Assembly (NCBI GenBank): GCA_964600985.1
Contig: CAZRJR010000001.1
Coordinates: 235,534 to 299,533 of the forward strand
DNA from: an uncultured Candidatus Saccharibacteria bacterium
Lineage (GTDB): Bacteria; Patescibacteriota; Saccharimonadia; CAILAD01; JADZBC01
Direction: 5' to 3'
DNA length: 64,000 nucleotides
The position numbers were made by a program, and so were the translations under genes. The notes below the pieces were generated by a model. The model was not told the DNA's origin, searched no databases, and was given only the letters and a program-made list of their open reading frames with translations. Positions within the stretch are counted from its first letter, which is position 1, and each line of letters opens with the position of its first letter. Below are positions 56,802 to 64,000 of the stretch, piece by piece.

Positions 56802-57800
56802 ATGGCCGAGGATTCTCGCAGCACCAAGCGAGTCGTTCTTATCGGTGGCGGAACAGGTAGCTTCACACTCCTTACTGGTCTTAAGCGGCACTTCTCGGAC
56901 ATTACGGCGATTGTGAATATGAGCGATGATGGCGGTTCTACGGGCGTGCTTCGTGATGAGCTTGGCGTACTGCCACCGGGAGATATTCGCCAGTGCCTCG
57001 TGGCCCTTAGTAGGGATCAGGGTACCATGCGAGACTTGTTTAATTATCGGTTCGACAGCGGCGGTTTGCACGGGCATTCATTTGGCAACTTGTTCTTAAG
57101 TGCTCTCGAGAAGATCACAGGCAGTTTCTCCGAAGCAGTCGATCATGCCTCAAAGGTCCTTAACATTGAGGGGCGGGTTTTGCCGGTCACGCTGACCAAT
57201 AGCAATCTTGTGCTAACGCGACCAGATGGTACGAAGATAGAAGGCGAATATGCTGTCGCAAACCACAAGTTATCGCCCGGCGAGAGGCCACACCTTGAGC
57301 TTGCGCCGCGCTCAGTCATAAACCCGTTGGCGGCAGAGGCTATAGTTGCCGCGGATATTATCGTAATCGCCCCTGGGCACTTGTACGGTAGCATTGCGCC
57401 AGCCTTGTTGGTGGATGGAATGCAGCAGGCTTTTGAGGGTTCAAAAGCCAACATAATGTACGTGTGTAACTTGGTTACAAAGCCGGGGCAAACTGATGGG
57501 TTCATGGTGCACGATTACGCCAGTGAGATTGAGCGGTTTATTGGTGTAGAGTGCTTGGACGTGGTGTTGTACAGCAACGAACAACCGAGCGCAGAGGCTT
57601 TGCGTAAATACACTGCTGAAGGCGAACATTGGGTGGGGCACGATGTAGAGGTTTTAAAAGGCATGCATTACAAAGCGATTGGAGCAGACTTGCTCTCAAG
57701 CAAGGACGTAGTGCAGAAAGCATCGGATAAGCTGATAAAGCGAAACTTAATCCGTCATGATGGGGGCAAGATCGCAGGGTTGATTTCCTCCCTCGTATAA
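56802..57800 (+). CDS. YvcK/CofD-like (UPF0052) gluconeogenesis-factor family protein
   Basis: N-terminal VVLIGGGTG and family-typical length. Confidence 0.8.
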   Translation: MAEDSRSTKRVVLIGGGTGSFTLLTGLKRHFSDITAIVNMSDDGGSTGVLRDELGVLPPGDIRQCLVALSRDQGTMRDLFNYRFDSGGLHGHSFGNLFLSALEKITGSFSEAVDHASKVLNIEGRVLPVTLTNSNLVLTRPDGTKIEGEYAVANHKLSPGERPHLELAPRSVINPLAAEAIVAADIIVIAPGHLYGSIAPALLVDGMQQAFEGSKANIMYVCNLVTKPGQTDGFMVHDYASEIERFIGVECLDVVLYSNEQPSAEALRKYTAEGEHWVGHDVEVLKGMHYKAIGADLLSSKDVVQKASDKLIKRNLIRHDGGKIAGLISSLV

Positions 57801-57811
57801 GCAAAACGAAT

Positions 57812-57855
57812 GAGAGCCCCGGATGGAGCGTTTAGGCTCTCATCCGGGGCTCTTG
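57812..57855. terminator. bidirectional terminator (13-bp stem AGAGCCCCGGATG/CATCCGGGGCTCT) between convergent genes
   Basis: Read directly. 15-nt loop. Confidence 0.55.
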
Positions 57856-57874
57856 GTGTTGGGCCCTGTTTGGG

Positions 57875-58495
57875 TCAGGCCACCTCTGCCGGCCCGGTCC
57901 CGTCGAGGGCCTCCGCCTTCTCGGGCGGCCAGACGTCCTCGTCCGCGAGGACGATGCCGTTGAGGTACTTGGCCCCGATCGGGGCATCCTCGGTGCCACG
58001 GAGCTCATCCGCGGTCTCCTTGGCCTTCTTGCCGACAGCCTCGAGGAGCTCTCGGAGCTTGTCGATGCACTGGCAGTACACCGCCCAGTCGTCCTCCTTG
58101 GCGAGGCCGGACACGCCGCCGAGGAACTCCTCGTGCATCCCGGCTCCCTCCCAGGGGAAGTCGCCTGGACGCAGCATGACGTAGTCCGTCTCCGCCTCCA
58201 GGGAGGTGACGCTGATCGTGCGAAGCACGTACGTCAGCTTGCCGGCGACGTTGTTGTACGTGCCGCCGGGCTCGTTGCTGGCCTTGGGGTCACCGAGGAC
58301 GCCAACGAAGATCTCGTGGGCGAGTGGGTTGCGCCACTCGAGGCACGCCTGCATGAGGTTGTCGGGGTCGAGGATGACGAGCGTGATCCCCTTGTTGGGG
58401 AACCGCTCCGCGAACTCCGCGGCGAACTCGCCATGGAACCAGTCGTTGAAGCGACGCTTCACATCGATGCCGAAGTGGTTGGTGAGATCCAGCAT
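57875..58495 (-). CDS. hypothetical protein encoded by a ~65% GC insert (actinobacterial-like codon usage)
   Basis: 206-aa ORF. GC3-rich codons (ctc, gtc, cgc, gag, gac) only in this frame. Abrupt GC boundaries at the terminator (57855) and at ~58500. Confidence 0.5.
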   Translation of the reverse strand: MLDLTNHFGIDVKRRFNDWFHGEFAAEFAERFPNKGITLVILDPDNLMQACLEWRNPLAHEIFVGVLGDPKASNEPGGTYNNVAGKLTYVLRTISVTSLEAETDYVMLRPGDFPWEGAGMHEEFLGGVSGLAKEDDWAVYCQCIDKLRELLEAVGKKAKETADELRGTEDAPIGAKYLNGIVLADEDVWPPEKAEALDGTGPAEVA

Positions 58496-58597
58496 GAGCT
58501 GTCTCCTGTTCTCCCTTGTGGGGTTCGGACCGCCAGATTGCGATCAAGGGTGCTATAATAGCACTAAATAGGCTTTTTGTCAATAATTAACATTGCT

Positions 58598-59137
58598 TTA
58601 CTGAGGACGGAGCATAACGCCTACGGCAATCCCAATGCCGGCAGCTATGCCGCCAACTATAAACACCTTGAGGGCGCTTTTAAGCATGTTGCGATTGGTG
58701 ATCTTGCCTTTTGCTAAGCCCAGCACAAACAAACCAGCTAAAGCAGCTACGATGCTCACATAGAGCGATATGCTTGATGGCAGCAATACTATGGGGAGTA
58801 AGGGGATGAGTCCGGCTAAGAAGTACGATACGAGCATTATGAGTCCACCCACGAGCGGGTTGGCTTTGTCGTTTTTGTTCAAATCGTGCTCGGTTTCTTC
58901 GCTCAAGAACTCCCCAGCACCCATACTCACAGCCTCTACCGCAATACCTACTAGCCCGGCCAAGATCACAAACTTGGTGTCGTGCGAACCAACCGCCACG
59001 CCGGCGATTAAACCAGTAGTAGATACTAGGCTGTCTTCTATGCCAAAAAACGAGCTACGAACATAATCCCCATCGAGTCTGCGCTTCTTCATGCTAGCTA
59101 TTATACCGTGCGATGCCTCGAGAATAAAATCGTACAC
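58598..59137 (-). CDS. VIT1/CCC1-family membrane protein
   Basis: Hydrophobic C-terminal TM bundle and a soluble N-terminal segment, as in the VIT family. Confidence 0.6.
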   Translation of the reverse strand: MYDFILEASHGIIASMKKRRLDGDYVRSSFFGIEDSLVSTTGLIAGVAVGSHDTKFVILAGLVGIAVEAVSMGAGEFLSEETEHDLNKNDKANPLVGGLIMLVSYFLAGLIPLLPIVLLPSSISLYVSIVAALAGLFVLGLAKGKITNRNMLKSALKVFIVGGIAAGIGIAVGVMLRPQ

Positions 59138-59233
59138 ATTATGTGTTCACCAGCTGTTCGGTATATTTCTATTAAGGCTTATAATAAAGCAAAAACGTAC
59201 TAATAAACTTATGATTTCTTTGGTCTTAAACTA

Positions 59234-59287
59234 TTTACAGTGGGTAAGCACCAGGTATATAATGGTGTCAGTGGGTATAAGTGGGTA
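59234..59287 (+). promoter_or_regulatory. mra promoter region with three GTGGGTA direct repeats (MraZ-box-like; two spaced 10 bp apart) flanking a TATATAAT -10
   Basis: Repeats at 59240, 59271 and 59281. TTTACA-N16-TATATAAT. Confidence 0.45.
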
Positions 59288-59303
59288 ACACAAAAAGAGC
59301 AAA

Positions 59304-59654
59304 ATGGATTTCTTCGAACGCAAACTAGACGACAAGAACCGGTTAACCATACCGAAGGAATTGCACCAAGAATTTGGCCAAGAAGTTGTGATAACCCGAG
59401 GATTCAAAGCCTACCTGCACCTTTACCCGAAAACAGTTTGGGACAACGACATGGAAACAGCACTCCAAGGCAATATCCTTGACGAAGCAGTGGCTGACCT
59501 CAACGTTACCTTCCGAACTGGCAAAATAGTAGCAGCTCTCGACCAAAAGCAGGGGAGAGTCACGCTAGAAGCTCATCACTTGGCCTTTGCAGGCATTGCG
59601 CGCGACGTAGTTGCTGTGCGAGCTGGCAAATACTGGCGCCTCAGCGCCAAGTAG
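59304..59654 (+). CDS. mraZ: transcriptional regulator MraZ
   Basis: Duplicated DxxxR-type half-domains (KLDDKNRLTIPKE). Confidence 0.85.
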   Translation: MDFFERKLDDKNRLTIPKELHQEFGQEVVITRGFKAYLHLYPKTVWDNDMETALQGNILDEAVADLNVTFRTGKIVAALDQKQGRVTLEAHHLAFAGIARDVVAVRAGKYWRLSAK

Positions 59655-59945
59655 CGCACAGACCAGGTGATGCGTTTCTTGCACCAGCTAGAAACAGTAC
59701 TTTTACAAAAAACAAACACAAACATCAAAGTTAGCTATTCGGCAGTCAGTAAGCGAACCGTTGGGGAGCGCTTAACTGCCCCAGGTACCAACAAAACTCC
59801 ACCTCACAAACACTTTTCAAGGACTTATTTAGTACACTAAACAGGTCCTTGTCACACACTTATGAGCCAGGCAACTGCCAGCTCGTTACTCAAAAAACAA
59901 AAACAAAAATAGACAACTGGCTGCTGAATAGGTAACCTTGACAAT

Positions 59946-60851
59946 ATGGAACGACACACACCAGTGCTTTTAGAGCACGTAATTGAGGTACTAAAACCTT
60001 GTGAGGGCGAGAAATTTCTTGACCTAACTGCTGGTTATGGTGGCCACACTGCCGCGCTCCTAGAGGCAGTAGGGCCGAATGGATTCGGCTACCTGCTAGA
60101 CCAAGACCCCGAAGCCATATTGGCTTTGCGTGAACGGTTTGGTTCGTATAGCAACGTAGAGATCATACAAATGAACTTTGCGGATGTGAGCGAAGTAACC
60201 GGCTTGCCCAAGGTAGATATGATTCTGCTTGATATCGGTGTTTCGTCTGTGCAGATCGATAAGCCCGAGCGAGGCTTTAGCTTCTTGCACGACGGACCAC
60301 TGGATATGCGCATGGATCAAACTACTGGCAAGACCGCAGCTGATCTGGTAGCACAGTTGAGTGAAAAGGAACTGGCCGATACGATCTACCAATATGGCGA
60401 AGAGCGTCATAGTAGGCGAATCGCCAAGGCAATAGTGGAAGCAAGGAAGGTGAGCAATATTGCCACCACCACTCAGCTCGCTGGCATCATCGAAGCAGCC
60501 ATAGGTCGCAACCCAAGGTCCAAGATCCACCCAGCCACTCGCACATTCCAAGCACTGCGCATAGCGGTGAATGGCGAGCTAGAAGTACTGGAAGAGGTCC
60601 TGCCCCAGGCCGCGAGCTTACTCAAGCCTGGTGGGCGCTTAGCGGTAATTACCTTCCATTCTCTCGAGGATCGGATGGTGAAGCACTACTTTAAGCGCCT
60701 TACCACAGCCGAGAAGGACGCCATGGGCCAGGATGTGTCAGTTCCAGAATTCAGATTAGTTACCAAAAAGCCCATTACCGGCTTGGATGAAAAAGATTTT
60801 AACCCGCGAGCCCGGAGTGCTAAGCTTCGAGCCGTAGAATATATAAAATAA
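59946..60851 (+). CDS. rsmH: 16S rRNA (cytosine1402-N4)-methyltransferase
   Basis: SAM motifs (LDLTAGYGGHT, DIGVSS, SLEDR). Confidence 0.9.
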   Translation: MERHTPVLLEHVIEVLKPCEGEKFLDLTAGYGGHTAALLEAVGPNGFGYLLDQDPEAILALRERFGSYSNVEIIQMNFADVSEVTGLPKVDMILLDIGVSSVQIDKPERGFSFLHDGPLDMRMDQTTGKTAADLVAQLSEKELADTIYQYGEERHSRRIAKAIVEARKVSNIATTTQLAGIIEAAIGRNPRSKIHPATRTFQALRIAVNGELEVLEEVLPQAASLLKPGGRLAVITFHSLEDRMVKHYFKRLTTAEKDAMGQDVSVPEFRLVTKKPITGLDEKDFNPRARSAKLRAVEYIK

Positions 60852-60874
60852 AACCAAAACAAAAAGGAGACCCC

Positions 60875-60940
60875 ATGACTCTTAAGATCCAGAACAAGTC
60901 CCCACGAGCTATCAAGCTTGCAGTCCGCGTCGTACGCTAA
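60875..60940 (+). CDS. 21-aa micro-ORF (MTLKIQNKSPRAIKLAVRVVR) with a strong RBS between rsmH and ftsL
   Basis: AAGGAG 6 nt upstream of the ATG. Speculative. Confidence 0.25.
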   Translation: MTLKIQNKSPRAIKLAVRVVR

Positions 60941-61005
60941 TTAAGCGTGCGACTCCAAAAAAACAAAAACAAAAACACAAATTTTAAAACAAAAAAGGAG
61001 AGACG

Positions 61006-61335
61006 ATGTCTACCGCAACCGCTACCATGCGCCGCAACCAGAACTTTACCCGCAGCCAAACACAAATTACATCTGGCCCCCTTACCATTGCACTTATGTT
61101 GATTAGTTTGGTAATTTTGCTATCATTACTATATCTTTCACAGGTAACTAAGACCTCGACTTTTAACTATCGAATCTCTACATTGTCGCAAACTCGTGAT
61201 GATTTGCAGGCCAAGAAAGAGAAGCTTCAGATCGATGCAGCTCGCTTGCAGTCAATTGCTGCAGCTAAGCAATCAGCGGCTACGAAAGGAATGGTGGCGG
61301 TCGATAAGGTTACCTACGCAGACCAAGTAAAATAG
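61006..61335 (+). CDS. ftsL: cell division protein FtsL-like (single-TM, coiled-coil)
   Basis: Position between rsmH and ftsI, one TM helix, heptad-like C-terminus. Confidence 0.6.
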   Translation: MSTATATMRRNQNFTRSQTQITSGPLTIALMLISLVILLSLLYLSQVTKTSTFNYRISTLSQTRDDLQAKKEKLQIDAARLQSIAAAKQSAATKGMVAVDKVTYADQVK

Positions 61336-61343
61336 GGGGGAGC

Positions 61344-63089
61344 TTGAGTATTACGCGCGAAATACAGGCTAAGTGGCGTCTTAACGCCCTTTCTGTTTTT
61401 TTTGCCGTTTGTTTAGTCGGTATTCTGATTCGCTTGTTCCAGGTTCAGGTAGTACTTGGACAAGAGTACGAGGCAAAGGCCAACTCGCAACAGTCACGTA
61501 AGTTTGAAATCCCAGCATCACGCGGCCAAGTCTATTTGAGCGAGAACGGTGATCTTTACCCCGTGGCGCTCAATCAAAAGCTTAATATGCTCTACGTTGA
61601 CCCTAAGTTTGTTACCAAGCCCACTGAGGCGGCCAAGAACTTGGCGGCGGTTACTGGTCTTGATCAGGCCAAGCTCGAGCAGCAGCTAACTTACAAAAAG
61701 TCGCGCTATATTGAGCTCAAGCAGCGGGTGAGTAGCGACGAGGCCAACAAGATTCGAGCCCTTAAAATTCCTGGTATCGTGCTCCGACCCACTGACTATC
61801 GTTATTACCCTGAGGCCAACTTGTTCTCTCATGTGCTGGGCTATGTGAACGCCGACGGTGATGGTCAGTACGGACTCGAACAGTACTTAAATAACGACCT
61901 GACTGGCCGCAATGGTTTATTAAAGGCCGCAACCGATAGTATGGGCGTGCCAATTGTAAGCAATGAAAACACCATAGTTGAGCCTCAAAACGGCAAAAGT
62001 TATGTACTCACACTTGATCGCAGCATACAGGCTGTAGCCGCAACAGCCCTACAAACCGCCATAACTGAAAACAAAGCCGATTCCGGGAGTATCATCGTCA
62101 TGGATCCTAACTCAGGGGCGATAAAGGCGTTAGTAAATTACCCCGACTATGATCCTAATAATTACGCGAGTGTTCCCGCCAATAACTACAGTGTGTATCG
62201 GAATGCTGCAGTGAGTAATTTGTTTGAGCCTGGCTCTGGGTTCAAGGCGATTACCATGGCGGCAGGTATAGATACTGGCAAGGTCAAGGCTGATACCAAA
62301 TACACCGATACGGGGTCGGTCGAAGCAAGTGGTAAAACTATTCGTAATGATGCTAATAAAACCTTTGGCGTGCAGACCATGACCGATGTAATCCAAAAGT
62401 CGCTTAATACCGGTGTAGTTTTTGTGCTCAAGCAGCTAGGTGGTGACCCGAACAAGATTACTAAGGCCGGCAAGCAGGTGTTTAGCGACTATATTAAACG
62501 CTTCGGGTTCGGTACGCTTACTGGCATCGAGCAGTCTGGCGAGGCCAATATGCCGGTTAAAGATCCATCGACCTATGATATAGATTACGCCAACATGACA
62601 TTCGGGCAAGGTATTGCTGTTACATCGATTCAAATGATTCAGGCTATTGCAGCCATCGCCAACGGCGGTAAGCTCTACCAGCCCTACATTGTGGACGGTA
62701 CGGTGAAGCCAGATGGCACTTTGGCTAAGAATCAGCCCAAATTGGTAAATAGCCAGGTGATTAGTCCCCAGGCCGCGGCGACTGTGTCGACTATGATGAT
62801 TAACGTAGTACTGTATGGTACAGCGTATGCTACCAAAATGCCCGGCTACAACATTGCAGGCAAAACCGGTACGGCGCAGATTCCTAAGCCTGATGGTAGC
62901 GGCTACTACGAGGATCGTACTACGGGTAGCTTTGTGGGCTTTGCGCCGGTTGAGGATCCTAAATTCATCATCATGGTGCGGGTAGATAATCCGCGCCAGG
63001 GTGGTGACGCCGAGCGTACTGCAGTGCCAGCCTTTGCCACAGTAGCTAAGGCGTTGTTTAAGTATTATCAGATACCACCAAAGTCATGA
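61344..63089 (+). CDS. ftsI: penicillin-binding protein (FtsI-like class B transpeptidase)
   Basis: N-terminal TM, dimerisation domain, and transpeptidase SxxK (SGFK), SxN and KTGT motifs. Confidence 0.9.
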   Translation: MSITREIQAKWRLNALSVFFAVCLVGILIRLFQVQVVLGQEYEAKANSQQSRKFEIPASRGQVYLSENGDLYPVALNQKLNMLYVDPKFVTKPTEAAKNLAAVTGLDQAKLEQQLTYKKSRYIELKQRVSSDEANKIRALKIPGIVLRPTDYRYYPEANLFSHVLGYVNADGDGQYGLEQYLNNDLTGRNGLLKAATDSMGVPIVSNENTIVEPQNGKSYVLTLDRSIQAVAATALQTAITENKADSGSIIVMDPNSGAIKALVNYPDYDPNNYASVPANNYSVYRNAAVSNLFEPGSGFKAITMAAGIDTGKVKADTKYTDTGSVEASGKTIRNDANKTFGVQTMTDVIQKSLNTGVVFVLKQLGGDPNKITKAGKQVFSDYIKRFGFGTLTGIEQSGEANMPVKDPSTYDIDYANMTFGQGIAVTSIQMIQAIAAIANGGKLYQPYIVDGTVKPDGTLAKNQPKLVNSQVISPQAAATVSTMMINVVLYGTAYATKMPGYNIAGKTGTAQIPKPDGSGYYEDRTTGSFVGFAPVEDPKFIIMVRVDNPRQGGDAERTAVPAFATVAKALFKYYQIPPKS

Positions 63090-63135
63090 GCGGCGCATCT
63101 AAGCCCATATTTATGGTAAAATAGGAGGCAAGATT

Positions 63136-64000
63136 ATGGCAGTATCCGTTACATTCAATGAACTTTCTCATGTATTACTTCAGGCATTCCTAGGCTTTGT
63201 AGTTGCTATGGCGCTTACACCAGTGTATACGCACTTTGCTTTTAAGTACAAGGCATGGAAGCAGGCTAGGACTAACGCTGTCACAGGCGAAGCAGCGCCA
63301 GTATACCAAAGACTGCACGCTGCTAAACATAAGAGAAATATTCCTACAATGGCGGGAATTATAGGAATTGTTTCAGTTTCATTAATCACTCTCGCGCTAA
63401 ACTGGAGTCGTTCCCAAACCTATCTTCCGCTATTTGTTTTTGTTGCTGCAGGACTCGTGGGCTTGGCAGACGACTATCTAAATATACGTGGTGAGAATCT
63501 GGCAGTTGCAGGCATGAGGGCTAAGCTAAAATTCGTCTTGATATTTGGTGTAGCGGCAATAGCGGCGCTTTACTTCTACTTTAAGCTCGGCTTTAGTATT
63601 ATCCATATTCCAGCTATGGGTAACTTCGAGATTGGGCTGTGGTACATCCCACTCTTTATTTTGGTCATTATATCAACCGCAAACGCGGTTAATATAACTG
63701 ATGGTCTCGATGGGTTATCGGGTGGGCTACTTTCACTTGCCTTCGGTGCTTATGCTGTAATCGCATTGGCTCAGGGTAGCTATGGCATTGCTGGCTTCTG
63801 TGCTGCCATGGTAGGGGCTCTTCTCTCATATACATGGTTTAATATCTTTCCAGCTAGGTTCTTCATGGGGGATAGTGGTTCATTCGCTTTTGGTACCGCA
63901 CTCGGCGTAGTGGCGATGCTTACTAATACAGTGTTTGTATTGCCGATTATTGGTGCCGTTTTTGTAGCCGAGGCAGGCTCAAGCTCAATCCAGATTCTTT
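63136..64000 (+). CDS. mraY: phospho-N-acetylmuramoyl-pentapeptide transferase, partial (continues beyond the window)
   Basis: AGGAGG RBS, DDxxD-type motif (ADDYLN) and NITDGLDGL motif. Confidence 0.9.
   Translation, partial: MAVSVTFNELSHVLLQAFLGFVVAMALTPVYTHFAFKYKAWKQARTNAVTGEAAPVYQRLHAAKHKRNIPTMAGIIGIVSVSLITLALNWSRSQTYLPLFVFVAAGLVGLADDYLNIRGENLAVAGMRAKLKFVLIFGVAAIAALYFYFKLGFSIIHIPAMGNFEIGLWYIPLFILVIISTANAVNITDGLDGLSGGLLSLAFGAYAVIALAQGSYGIAGFCAAMVGALLSYTWFNIFPARFFMGDSGSFAFGTALGVVAMLTNTVFVLPIIGAVFVAEAGSSSIQIL

Noticed and set aside
57810-58583. ORFs 57810-58184(+), 58133-58558(+), 58206-58571(+), 58234-58434(-) and 58290-58583(-)
   Set aside because: These are shadow ORFs of the 65% GC gene 57875-58495(-). 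Their products are Arg/Pro/Ala-rich low-complexity, typical of off-frame GC-rich DNA.
1-64000. CRISPR arrays, integrases/transposases, prophage genes
   Set aside because: No regularly spaced direct repeats, and no recombinase, terminase or capsid motifs were recognised anywhere in the window.

Overview
The window has a near-50% GC chromosomal backbone that reads like a small-genome, Gram-positive-type bacterium, most plausibly a Saccharibacteria/CPR-like lineage. That assignment is inference from gene content and compositional context, not from a marker gene. The backbone carries housekeeping genes: secE-nusG-rplK-rplA, then dcd-thyX-glyA inserted ahead of rplJ-rplL, dnaX-dnaB, ybaB-recR, cysS, recO, glyQS, yvcK, and the dcw cluster mraZ-rsmH-ftsL-ftsI-mraY. 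Accessory content includes the items below.
- An actinobacterial-style C50 carotenoid cluster at the left edge (partial UbiA elongase crtEb-like, crtYf/crtYe-like subunits, crtI, GGPP synthase, crtB).
- A GtrA/GT-C/GT2 glycosylation locus.
- A CpxP/Spy-like protein transcribed divergently from an OmpR-type two-component system.
- A cluster of secreted or surface-anchored glycosidase-like and beta-helix proteins.
- An oxidative-stress island (bcp, sodA, peroxiredoxin).
- A tRNA cluster with unusual tRNA-like genes and long inverted repeats.
- Several short, sharply GC-rich (about 58-67%) single-gene islands with their own promoters and terminators. One of these encodes tandem eukaryote-type C2H2 zinc fingers.
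- A patchwork island next to tRNA-Gln encoding a PEP-utilizing (rifampin-phosphotransferase-like) kinase, a HAD phosphatase, a VOC/glyoxalase protein and an SGNH hydrolase.
The 3-methyladenine glycosylase gene is frameshifted by a 22-bp tandem duplication. No CRISPR array, integrase or transposase was seen. All functional calls come from motif recognition by eye and need a homology search to confirm.
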